In this document: piece by piece, positions 21,873-30,815 of the stretch
Layout of the letters: each line of letters starts with the position of its first letter
How positions within the stretch are numbered: position 1 is the first letter of the stretch
Virus record (IMG/VR): IMGVR_UViG_3300017774_007926
Coordinates: 1,560 to 65,559 of that record
Strand: one strand, 5' to 3'
Source of the DNA: a virus
Lineage: Duplodnaviria; Caudoviricetes
Length of the DNA stretch: 64,000 nucleotides
Made by a program: the position numbers and the translations under genes
The notes under the pieces: generated by a model
The model's input: only the letters and a program-made list of their open reading frames with translations
What the model was told of the DNA's origin: nothing
Database searches by the model: none

Positions 21873-22199
21873 TTATTTCTCTTTGGTCCACTTATGCCAT
21901 CCTTTATTGGGTAGATATGCGTTTTCGTCATCTTTCCTCTTTGGAAATAATGTTCCGCCTTTTTTATGCTGACCGAAGGACAGATTAGCACCACACTTAG
22001 AGTCTGTGCATCTTAATTCATAATAATCATTAGCATCAACATTTCTAACAATAAACTTGATATTAGTACAACCACATACTCCGCACTTCTCCTCAGAGAA
22101 AATCTCTTGTATTAGTGCAAGTTCCTTGAAAACTTCCTTTTGTCCAGAAGCTTCTAGTTCAAAAGATAATTTGTCGTTAGCTCTGTATAAAACTTTCAT
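21873..22199 (-). CDS. Hypothetical zinc-ribbon protein
   Basis: CGVCG...RCTDSKCG. ATG 22199 lies directly after the upstream stop, so it is preferred over 22211. Confidence 0.65.
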   Translation of the reverse strand: MKVLYRANDKLSFELEASGQKEVFKELALIQEIFSEEKCGVCGCTNIKFIVRNVDANDYYELRCTDSKCGANLSFGQHKKGGTLFPKRKDDENAYLPNKGWHKWTKEK

Positions 22200-22201
22200 A
22201 A

Positions 22202-22945
22202 TTATTTCCATTCATTGTTAAAGCCTAATAAGTCATCAGGAATCTCAGTAATATTCTGCTGATGCTTAGACAATAGCCTTATTATAGTTACGGCATCTTC
22301 GTGGCTTAAAGCATAAATATTCTTAGATTCTAGAGCATTACTTTCCAAAAGCTTGCTCACATTTATATTAAGTCTTTTTGCCATAACGTCAATGAAATTA
22401 ATCTGATTATTTGTGATTTTTGATACAGTATCCTGATCTGGGTGATCTTCCATATCTTTGACCATTTCTTCGGCCGCAATAACTTTTCTTAGCTTTAATG
22501 CTCGTCGTAAAGCTCGACCTTCTGCTCTTGTTTCCGCTACAGCAGTAGGATGGTTACGATACGCCTTGTCACAGTTGCCCCAATAAACGTCAGCCGCACC
22601 GCTAACAGCCCTGTATTTAACATTCATGTCATCTGAGACATCTCCTTTTAATACATAGCGTATGGTGTGTGTGGCGGTGGCTCTTTTTTCATTATCTGGA
22701 CTTGGAGTTTGTACTATTTCTGTGATAGCCTCAATAACATCACAATTTAATGCTATCTCAAATATTCTCCTCAAACCATCCGTTGTTGGATTACCGCTAA
22801 TCTTTTCATCATCACTTAGTAATCCTAGAACATGATCAGTCCACTCCAGATCATTAGGTGTAACAGTCTTCGGTTGTGCTACTTCGATTACTTCCAATGC
22901 CTTATCTTCAATCATCTCTTTGTTGTCCTTCTTATTTTTGACCAT
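22202..22945 (-). CDS. Putative Rad52/Sak-like single-strand annealing protein
   Basis: AVAETRAEGRALRRALKL motif preceded by beta strands (ATATHTIRYV...VSGAADV); short helical C-terminal domain. Confidence 0.5.
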   Translation of the reverse strand: MVKNKKDNKEMIEDKALEVIEVAQPKTVTPNDLEWTDHVLGLLSDDEKISGNPTTDGLRRIFEIALNCDVIEAITEIVQTPSPDNEKRATATHTIRYVLKGDVSDDMNVKYRAVSGAADVYWGNCDKAYRNHPTAVAETRAEGRALRRALKLRKVIAAEEMVKDMEDHPDQDTVSKITNNQINFIDVMAKRLNINVSKLLESNALESKNIYALSHEDAVTIIRLLSKHQQNITEIPDDLLGFNNEWK

Positions 22946-22946
22946 T

Positions 22947-23753
22947 TTAATCCTCTATTACAAAAGTTCTGTTGTCTGGTTGTGGAAAAGATTGTTGAAT
23001 ATCGTCTATGACTTTTTTGAGTTTAGAATAAATTAACTGTGATCTTGTTTTTGAAAAATCCTTGGTCTGTTTGATTCTTATCAGAGCCAACCCCTTACCT
23101 AAAATCAATCCTTGCTTTTTTTGATCATATGATATATTTTTGGCTAAAGCATCTTCTCCCCAAACAGGAAGAAAATGAGACGGCCCGTCAATTTCTATAG
23201 CCGTATTCATACTAGGCAAAAACAGATCAATCTGCAACTTGGTATTTAGTAGACTTTGCTCTTTGTGAAAATCGACCTTGTATCCGTCTTGAAGAAGACT
23301 ATCAAGAATAAACTTTTCCAGTTTTGAACCAACCTTACTCGTTAAACGAACAGCATCATTGGCTAATTTGATCATATGTTTCTTAGCCTCTTGGTCCATT
23401 TTCTCCCAAGCTTCTTTACTTTTATTTTTTCTTTCTTGTAAAGTCTTACTGTCTAATTCATCCCATGACTTCAAAACACCAATACCAATCTTATTTTTTT
23501 CTTCAATCGATCTTTCTTTGCCTTTTGTAGGATGTTGATGCTTGCCGCTTTTAAGAGCATTCTTTTGAGCATCTGATTTATCCCTTATAGGTATCTGAAA
23601 AGACACAGCGTCTCTCCTAATTTTATTAGCATACGTTCCATACTCAGAAGCTATATCTGCAAAACTTTTTTTGCTATCTAAATATGATGATCGTATAATT
23701 TTTTCTTTTTCTGACTTAGATAATTTACTATACAAGATCTTTGATTGTTTCAT
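22947..23753 (-). CDS. Putative homing endonuclease (HTH/basic repeats plus Vsr/DUF559-like PD-(D/E)xK domain)
   Basis: N-terminal HTH (FADIASEYGTYANKIRR), Lys-rich middle, QIDLFLP...AIEIDGPSHF. Confidence 0.6.
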   Translation of the reverse strand: MKQSKILYSKLSKSEKEKIIRSSYLDSKKSFADIASEYGTYANKIRRDAVSFQIPIRDKSDAQKNALKSGKHQHPTKGKERSIEEKNKIGIGVLKSWDELDSKTLQERKNKSKEAWEKMDQEAKKHMIKLANDAVRLTSKVGSKLEKFILDSLLQDGYKVDFHKEQSLLNTKLQIDLFLPSMNTAIEIDGPSHFLPVWGEDALAKNISYDQKKQGLILGKGLALIRIKQTKDFSKTRSQLIYSKLKKVIDDIQQSFPQPDNRTFVIED

Positions 23754-24180
23754 ATGAAAAATCCTCCGATATACCTATTGGTTTTTTCCAGCATATATCA
23801 TAAATATCACAAAGCTGTTGGTTTTTAGCTATTATCTCCAAATCTTCGCATTCAAATATTTTAGACCAATATTTAAAGTTTTGAGAATATTTTGTCCAGG
23901 GTAACTCGTGTGCGTAGTAAAACCTTTTTGATAAATTAATAAAGTTTTTACTTAGTATTAATGAAGGGATGTCAAATACTATTAAGTTTCCTTTAAAAAA
24001 TTTAGCTTGACTGATATGTAGTATTGGAACAGAATGATTATCAATAACTTCAGAGTAGCTATTAAAGACGCATATCTGACTATATGGGTTATTATCTATT
24101 AAAGATTTTGCTGTCTTTAGAATAAGATCAGAAGTGGTTGTATTTTCTAGTTTAACACATAGTATCCCAAGGTCGATCAT
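23728..24180 (-). CDS. Hypothetical protein, possibly a glycosyltransferase-like Rossmann fragment
   Basis: 150 aa; last gene of the coupled GT cluster; alpha/beta pattern. Confidence 0.45.
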   Translation of the reverse strand: MIDLGILCVKLENTTTSDLILKTAKSLIDNNPYSQICVFNSYSEVIDNHSVPILHISQAKFFKGNLIVFDIPSLILSKNFINLSKRFYYAHELPWTKYSQNFKYWSKIFECEDLEIIAKNQQLCDIYDICWKKPIGISEDFSYETIKDLV

Positions 24181-24878
24181 ATTTTTAATATCCTGTCTAA
24201 AAATTGTCCATATGTTTCTATGTTTTCAGGTAATGAAACAGTATCTTCTATTAACTGTCCATTTTTTGGTCTTAGAATTTTTGTTCCACAGGTCATCGCT
24301 TCTGCCAGATACAGATCATCTACCAACAAACAACTCTCAGCTTCATTTAAAATATCGGCTCTATCTTGCTCTGATAGTAAACCAACATTTTGTGGATGTT
24401 TAATAGATGAAGACCCAAAGATCCTTATATTAAAATTTTTATTTGGATATAAGACACCGTATAATTCATTATTCATAGTTGATGCATTATCAATAAAGCA
24501 TGGTATATACTTATTTCTTTTTTTGTTTGTGTTAAAGAATATATCGTTATTTATTAATGTTGGAATTTCTAAAACAGAATCCATATCAGATTTTGGTCCA
24601 ATATTTACACAGTATTCCCCCAATGCTTCCATCATATCTGCATTTACTCTATCGTGGTAAAGTATTATCTTTTTTTCTGTATTAAATTCGAGTATATATT
24701 GGTATATTTCATTAGTCATTAATGAGGAAACAAAGATGTATGCATCAAAATTATACTTGTAATGTATTTGATATAGATTACCATCTATTTCATCGTTGAC
24801 TACAATAAAATTGTTAGATTTAATTAAAGAGACGTTATTAATAAATTTATCTTCAAATTCTTGTACAAATAATTTCAT
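24177..24878 (-). CDS. Glycosyltransferase-like protein (GT-B C-terminal features)
   Basis: LLSEQDRADILNEAESCL...LAEAMTCGTKI. Confidence 0.5.
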   Translation of the reverse strand: MKLFVQEFEDKFINNVSLIKSNNFIVVNDEIDGNLYQIHYKYNFDAYIFVSSLMTNEIYQYILEFNTEKKIILYHDRVNADMMEALGEYCVNIGPKSDMDSVLEIPTLINNDIFFNTNKKRNKYIPCFIDNASTMNNELYGVLYPNKNFNIRIFGSSSIKHPQNVGLLSEQDRADILNEAESCLLVDDLYLAEAMTCGTKILRPKNGQLIEDTVSLPENIETYGQFLDRILKI

Positions 24879-25543
24879 ATAAATAACTTAGCCCTCGATA
24901 TGTCTTTTACTGTATTAATTTTCATTATATTTTTTTTAGGTATGAAATGTTTATCGAATATAGTATTATGTCTCTCCATTAGAATATTAATTAATTCAAA
25001 AAGAAACATTTGATCTATATTATCATATTCACAAATTTGTTTTATGTTTTTAATAGCTATATTATCTAATAATATGCACTCAGACCAAGGTACCGGTAAG
25101 TCATAGAATAAGTAATTGACGCTATCAGATTGACTACATCCTATATTAAAATTTGCTTTTGGTTTGTCGATTAAAAATATTTTTGATTTACTAGAATTTT
25201 TGATACAGGCGTTTTTAAACAAAACTCCATTACTGATTATTAATAAATTATTTATTAAGACATGATTATCTATAAACAATTTTATCAATTTCGCCTGATT
25301 TGTATTTGCATAGTTCTCGTTCTCAATAATATGCACACGGCTATATTTAGATATCACTTTTCTAATTTTATCACACTCAAATCCTGCTCCTATAAAAATA
25401 TTGCAATTGCTATCTATTTTTTTCAATTGCTGTATTTGATAATCTAGTACCATTGTTGAATTCTTAATTGTCAACAGAGCTTTGGATCCTAGGGATTTCA
25501 TTCCTTTGGTAATTTCTGGTACTAATAATAGTATATCAAGCAT
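24875..25543 (-). CDS. Sugar/phosphate nucleotidyltransferase-like protein
   Basis: GMKSLGSKALL...VLDYQIQQL...IFIGAGF, the NTP_transferase/LicC-type N-terminus. Confidence 0.65.
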   Translation of the reverse strand: MLDILLLVPEITKGMKSLGSKALLTIKNSTMVLDYQIQQLKKIDSNCNIFIGAGFECDKIRKVISKYSRVHIIENENYANTNQAKLIKLFIDNHVLINNLLIISNGVLFKNACIKNSSKSKIFLIDKPKANFNIGCSQSDSVNYLFYDLPVPWSECILLDNIAIKNIKQICEYDNIDQMFLFELINILMERHNTIFDKHFIPKKNIMKINTVKDISRAKLFI

Positions 25544-26276
25544 AATATTTTACTAGAGGATTATCAATCTCTTTCAGTGCTAGTGTAATATCCATATTAA
25601 CAGAATGTCTAATCTCTTCATATGTTGTTAAGGTAATAAATAGACCATCTGTATCTTCTTGATTTCTATATAAAGCATGGGCTACTGGTTGTTTTATAGT
25701 TACTATATGGTTTAGATTAATAATATCTGCGCTCCATAGATTAGAAGATATTGCACAGTTTATCCAAAGGAATTGATTAGTATTCTTGGCGGTGTTGGTG
25801 TCTAATACTACGCTAATGCTTTCTTGGTAGTCAAATTTTTCCAACATATTGTGGAGCTTCCATTCTATGTTGTTATCCTTTAGAGTTTTGAAACAGTTAA
25901 TAAGGTTTTCAGTATTGTTTTTTTGATAGGTGACAATTGAAACAAATCCTGGCTTAATAGGCAAACCCATTATGCTTTTAACAACATCATTTGGATCAAT
26001 ATCTTCTAGGAAAATAATTAGATAGTAAGAGATTCTATTCTTTAAGTGAAGACTCTTTTTTAAGTCATCAATAGACCCCAACTCTTCTTTATGTTCTTCA
26101 TACACTCTCATACTAAAGGCATACGGACAAAGATAATTATGTACTGAATAAAAATTTTCACTATTTATTGTTAAGTTTTTGCTATCTTTAATTTGATCAA
26201 TTATATCCATAGCACATGGATCTGGACTATCTGCATAGTCTGAGAAAATGCATTTTTCACAATTAGTATTTTTCAT
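25536..26276 (-). CDS. Hypothetical protein with N-terminal Cys cluster
   Basis: CEKCIF...PCAMD...LCPYAF; inside the GT cluster. Confidence 0.5.
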   Translation of the reverse strand: MKNTNCEKCIFSDYADSPDPCAMDIIDQIKDSKNLTINSENFYSVHNYLCPYAFSMRVYEEHKEELGSIDDLKKSLHLKNRISYYLIIFLEDIDPNDVVKSIMGLPIKPGFVSIVTYQKNNTENLINCFKTLKDNNIEWKLHNMLEKFDYQESISVVLDTNTAKNTNQFLWINCAISSNLWSADIINLNHIVTIKQPVAHALYRNQEDTDGLFITLTTYEEIRHSVNMDITLALKEIDNPLVKYYA

Positions 26277-26698
26277 AAGCCTATTCTTTGGATAGTAATA
26301 TATGTTTTAAAAAAATCTGCAGTATGTTCTATCTTTATTGTTTTAAATTCTTCATTCTTTTCGAATATTGAAGCTATTTGTTTTAAAGAAAAGATGGACT
26401 TTACTCCACTTATAAAATTAAGCATATCTTCATCTGATAATGAATTATTGAAATACTGTCTAGAAATATGTTTAAAATTATTTATAGTAAGAGTAACTAA
26501 ACCACTTGGTCGAATTTTTTCTTTTATGCCAGAGAGTACATTTGTTGCTACCGGAGCATCAAAATACTCTATGCATCCACAATATATATGATCTATTGAA
26601 TGATTGATCAAATTAGACAAATCATTGATCTCTACATTATCAAAACCGTTTATTGTCTCTTGTTTTTTAATCGTGTATAGATTAATTAATCTGCTCAT
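26273..26698 (-). CDS. Small SAM-methyltransferase-like protein
   Basis: SIDHIYCGCIEYFD...IKEKIRPSGLVTL resembles methyltransferase motifs after the SAM-binding loop. Confidence 0.45.
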   Translation of the reverse strand: MSRLINLYTIKKQETINGFDNVEINDLSNLINHSIDHIYCGCIEYFDAPVATNVLSGIKEKIRPSGLVTLTINNFKHISRQYFNNSLSDEDMLNFISGVKSIFSLKQIASIFEKNEEFKTIKIEHTADFFKTYITIQRIGL

Positions 26699-27576
26699 AG
26701 TACAAATGGTCTCCTTATCCTATCTATAATAGTATTATAGATTTCATTTTGAAATTTTACTAGATCGTATTTTTTAATTAAATTATTAGTACGTTCTTTA
26801 ATTTTATCTTTATTACGTGATTTTAAAACAAGTTCTATCTCAAGATGAATCTTATTAAAATCGTCTATATTTTTAATTCCGTCTTCTTCTAGAACAGATG
26901 ATGACAAAACATCACACCCACAAGACAATGCAACCATAGAATCAAAAGATTTCTTTATAGAGACACAAACATCATGCTGCTTTAAGATATTTGTAATATC
27001 ATTATAAGACGTATGCTTATCTATGCTTAGAATTGTAGTATCTGAAAAGTATTGTTTTATATGAGAATACAAAAATTCCATAGATTTCGCACCGTCAGGA
27101 TTTAATACAACAACAGATTTTCGTGGATGACCAAGATCTATTTCTTGTTCTGGAATACCATAAGCTATATGTTTGCCATTGCCTATCGACCATTCGTTTT
27201 TTAGCGGCTTATTCATGTATATTATCAAAGAATCTCTTAATCTATTTTGTAAAAGGAATTTATCCTCTTTTTTAAGCGATGCTTCTGGTAGTTCATGAAA
27301 GAATACCATATCTAGTATGTGTTCATTTTTATACAACTCAGCATTTGATATGTATTGTACGGGATTGTTGTTCCAATATATATCGTAGAAAAACATACCT
27401 CGGGTGCGAACGTACTCAGACTCATACATTAATGAAATATCTAAATATTCTTTTAAGAATTTATCAAATAAGGTATCACTATGATCATACAATATTTTTA
27501 AATCTTTTTTAGGAGACTTGCCAGATAAAGAGAGTACTGGACTCAAAATATTCTGCATTATTGTAGAATATGACAT
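26695..27576 (-). CDS. Glycosyltransferase (GT-B, GT4-like)
   Basis: HIAYGI...ILKQHDVCVS...MVALSCGCDV...KYDLVKF. Confidence 0.6.
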   Translation of the reverse strand: MSYSTIMQNILSPVLSLSGKSPKKDLKILYDHSDTLFDKFLKEYLDISLMYESEYVRTRGMFFYDIYWNNNPVQYISNAELYKNEHILDMVFFHELPEASLKKEDKFLLQNRLRDSLIIYMNKPLKNEWSIGNGKHIAYGIPEQEIDLGHPRKSVVVLNPDGAKSMEFLYSHIKQYFSDTTILSIDKHTSYNDITNILKQHDVCVSIKKSFDSMVALSCGCDVLSSSVLEEDGIKNIDDFNKIHLEIELVLKSRNKDKIKERTNNLIKKYDLVKFQNEIYNTIIDRIRRPFVL

Positions 27577-28610
27577 AGTGTTTCTCCCAAATTCTTATTG
27601 TTGCTTTTTTTAGTTTTTTGGTGTTTGTTCGTATTATTTTTTTGATTTTTAGTATCTATCATTTTTTGATAAAGATCTGTCGTTGGTATCGAAATCATTA
27701 AATCATTGATATCAGAAGAAATATCAACAGCTATTGTTGGTATTTGTATGGTTGTAATATTGTGCTTATTTATAAGATTTTTTCCTGATCTCATAAAATA
27801 TTTTTCATAGATATATTGAGAGTAATCGTCATTCAGAGAGAGAAAACAATCAAACGTATTCAATGAAGCAATGACGGATTCCGTCTCTAAACCATTGAAG
27901 ATAAATATAACATTATCATAGTCTATTATTTTAAGTTTTTGTTTTATCTCTTTATAGTAATTTTCTATATCTCTCTTGTCCTGCTCGGTACCTTTGGCAC
28001 ATATTAAGAGATGAACATCGGAGCATGAACGAAAAGATATGAGAAAAGAAACTATAATTTTTTGAATTATTGAGATATTCTGCTTATATGCTCCTATAAA
28101 ACCAAAAATAAAATTATCTCCAATTTTTTCTCCAAGGTTATATTTTTTGCTAGAATGCTCAACAATATCTTTGTCAGGGAATGGCTCGTCAAAAACAAAT
28201 ATAGGAGACGTTATGTTAGATCTAATCAGTAATGTTTTATCATATTCATTATCTACCAAGATATAATCAAAAGAATTAAGCTTTTGATAATTCTGGTTAT
28301 ATGGACTTTTTGAGATTCTATTACCAATAATTGGTATCGCTATGTTTTTAGTATATTTTTGTACTAAAAGATATTCCGCTGGTGCGTGCTGTACTATTGC
28401 TTCTAGCTCCAGATTATCTGTAATAAATTCCATCCTATTAAGGCTATTATTATTTTCCCGAATAATAGACATATTATCTATAAACAATGGTCTGCTTATA
28501 ACGGACATTTTTCTGTTAATAGCAGCTCTACTAATAGAGTCCAAATAAATTTTTGATATTTGTCCTGCATAATCATATTGTCTATATGGACCGACGAATA
28601 TTGTTGTCAT
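27558..28610 (-). CDS. Glycosyltransferase (GT-B, GT4-like)
   Basis: FVGPYRQYDYAGQIS, FIFGFIGAY, VHLLICAKG, NTFDCFLSLN. Confidence 0.6.
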   Translation of the reverse strand: MTTIFVGPYRQYDYAGQISKIYLDSISRAAINRKMSVISRPLFIDNMSIIRENNNSLNRMEFITDNLELEAIVQHAPAEYLLVQKYTKNIAIPIIGNRISKSPYNQNYQKLNSFDYILVDNEYDKTLLIRSNITSPIFVFDEPFPDKDIVEHSSKKYNLGEKIGDNFIFGFIGAYKQNISIIQKIIVSFLISFRSCSDVHLLICAKGTEQDKRDIENYYKEIKQKLKIIDYDNVIFIFNGLETESVIASLNTFDCFLSLNDDYSQYIYEKYFMRSGKNLINKHNITTIQIPTIAVDISSDINDLMISIPTTDLYQKMIDTKNQKNNTNKHQKTKKSNNKNLGETLCHILQ

Positions 28611-28618
28611 AATATCTC

Positions 28619-30283
28619 TTAGGTATTTGCTTTTATGGACGCATACTGTATAAAATCATCATTAAATTTAACATTTTCAGATCTAACTTTTTCTGAATGA
28701 TTTATATTATCTATATGAGTATTAGCATATTTAATAATATCATTATAGTCATGCTTATTAATATTAGAGCCTTGCATAGAAAAACCATAATCAGCGTATT
28801 GTAGCAGTGTCAACATGCTCATCGATGATATCGTATCTGTGTCATTTAAATGATTAAAACACAGTTTAGCTGTGTTATCAAAATATTGACCTGGATCCTT
28901 CGGCATTTCTTGTTCGACACTCTGCATAAAGTTTGGTGCACTGTTCCAGTCTGATCTATAATTACTATCTATTTGATCTAAATGTTTTTCCCATTTTTTA
29001 GCTATATCGTCCCAATTATAATATTTTTCTGTTAGCTGTCTAGTTTTTTTACCTATAGCTAATCTTTCTGAGGTTGGCATATTACATAACTTAACTATTT
29101 CATTCGCTAGTTGATCATTATCCGGATATACTCTTATAGCTTTGGTTTCAAGCTCCTTAAAGTAGGACTTGGGGCTTATTGCTACAGCTTCTAGTTTTTT
29201 GACTATATCGCACATGGCACTATAATCAACTGTAAATATTGGTAATCCACAAGCACCAGCTTCTGTTTGGGGACAGCCAAATCCCTCACAAATAGAATAT
29301 TGAACATAAGCATCAAATAAGTTATAAATCTTAGCTAGTTGTTCAGTAGATATGCCATTTGTTACAGAGGAGAACGTCATGCTTTTTTCTAGGCATTTTG
29401 AACATACTTTTTGAGGCCCCACAAAAACACTTGAATTTATATATCCACACCTTCTGCATGAGTATGTGAATATTGTTCTGTTGGCTAATCTATACTCTTT
29501 TAATAGTTCTGGCAGATCCCAACCAGCATCTGGATAACTTGTATGGATATATAGATATATCTTTTCTCCCAAAGGGTTATTTTCTGCTTGTAGAATGTCA
29601 AGAGCTTTTCTAAAAGATATCATGAGTTCTGGTATGAGTTTTCTTTTTTGATTACGCATAACAGAACCTATAACTAAACTATCCTCAGATATACCGTATT
29701 GTTCTTTTAGATCTCCTTTATCTTCTACTGGCCTAAATACAGAGAGATCAACGCCTGGGGATGCTGTATCTACATAGTTTATTTTCCCTGAGCTTTGATC
29801 TTTTAATACATTTGCACCCCAGTCTGAATAAGTAAAGACACTATCAGCTGATAGAAATGTATCTATCCATTCTTCCTGTTGAGGGGCGGAGTCAACTGTT
29901 GGCATAAGTATCCAATGAAAGAATTTTCTAAGAGGAGACAAAGCCTGATACGAACTCATCCAATAGTCTCTGATATCTATGACAACATCAGGCCTAAAAT
30001 CTAGTAAAACTTTCTCAAATCTCCACCTACCAAATTGATTATCTCCCCTTGAGGTATATTCTTTATGTCTTGGGTCGTCGTCTCTGACTGCGTTAGCATA
30101 ATATATCCAAGGTATATCCTTGTCTCTTGCATCATTTACCAATCCATATGAAGCAAATTCTGCTATTTCATACTTATTAGTTTTATATAGCCTAGATAAA
30201 ATTTCTTTAGTATAAATTGAGAAGCCAGAACTAAGAAAGCTAGCTTCAGAAACCATAAGTATTTTAAGTTTTGATTTATTCAT
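28619..30283 (-). CDS. GT4 glycosyltransferase with zinc-finger insertion
   Basis: KILMVSEASFLSSGF; YNLFDAYVQYSICEGFGCPQTEAGACGLP; inserted CRRC...CSKC. Confidence 0.8.
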   Translation of the reverse strand: MNKSKLKILMVSEASFLSSGFSIYTKEILSRLYKTNKYEIAEFASYGLVNDARDKDIPWIYYANAVRDDDPRHKEYTSRGDNQFGRWRFEKVLLDFRPDVVIDIRDYWMSSYQALSPLRKFFHWILMPTVDSAPQQEEWIDTFLSADSVFTYSDWGANVLKDQSSGKINYVDTASPGVDLSVFRPVEDKGDLKEQYGISEDSLVIGSVMRNQKRKLIPELMISFRKALDILQAENNPLGEKIYLYIHTSYPDAGWDLPELLKEYRLANRTIFTYSCRRCGYINSSVFVGPQKVCSKCLEKSMTFSSVTNGISTEQLAKIYNLFDAYVQYSICEGFGCPQTEAGACGLPIFTVDYSAMCDIVKKLEAVAISPKSYFKELETKAIRVYPDNDQLANEIVKLCNMPTSERLAIGKKTRQLTEKYYNWDDIAKKWEKHLDQIDSNYRSDWNSAPNFMQSVEQEMPKDPGQYFDNTAKLCFNHLNDTDTISSMSMLTLLQYADYGFSMQGSNINKHDYNDIIKYANTHIDNINHSEKVRSENVKFNDDFIQYASIKANT

Positions 30284-30300
30284 AATAGTAAGAGATGAAG

Positions 30301-30329
30301 ATAAAAATAGGGGCGTTTTACCGCCCCCA
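30301..30329 (-). terminator. Rho-independent terminator downstream of ssb
   Basis: Minus strand GGGGCG-GTAAAA-CGCCCC followed by TATTTTTAT. Confidence 0.75.
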
Positions 30330-30357
30330 TATTTATGAAATTATTATACAACCATCC

Positions 30358-30738
30358 TCAGAAAGCAACAGACTCAGCTGTTTCAGCTTGTTCGCCCTTG
30401 CCTTGCTTAGACAACTTAGTAATCTTAGAGAAATTATTGACTCTAACCTTTAGACTACTATGCTTGACACCATCCTTTTCCCATGTGTCATTACGTAAAG
30501 ATCCTTCTACTAGAACTAGATCACCCTTCTTAAAAGAGGATCCGATAATCTCTGCTCCGGTGTCCCATGCTTCGCAGTTAATAAACGAAGTAACCTTATC
30601 CTTCTCTCCACTAGCCTTAGTATATTCCCTAGAAACGGCTACGGTAAAATTAACAACAGAAGTCTGCTTACCGCCGGTATTAACAACTCGCAATTCCGGA
30701 TCTCTTGCTAAATTACCCCTCAAAATCGTGATATTCAT
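30358..30738 (-). CDS. ssb: Single-stranded DNA-binding protein
   Basis: GNLARDPELR, VVNFTVAV, FINCEAW, KKGDLVLVEGSL; acidic/Phe C-terminus (AESVAF). Confidence 0.95.
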   Translation of the reverse strand: MNITILRGNLARDPELRVVNTGGKQTSVVNFTVAVSREYTKASGEKDKVTSFINCEAWDTGAEIIGSSFKKGDLVLVEGSLRNDTWEKDGVKHSSLKVRVNNFSKITKLSKQGKGEQAETAESVAF

Positions 30739-30787
30739 ATCATCTCCTTAATTAAAAATAAAACCAAACCAACGAACACGATAACAT

Positions 30788-30815
30788 ATCATAATAGACG
30801 GCGTGTGATTGTCAA
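30788..30815 (-). promoter_or_regulatory. Sigma70-type promoter for ssb
   Basis: TTGACA-16 nt-TATGAT. Confidence 0.65.

Noticed and set aside
21869-21875. Convergent stop codons 1 nt apart with no terminator hairpin
   Set aside because: This is common at late/early module boundaries in compact phage genomes; no distinctive structure was seen.
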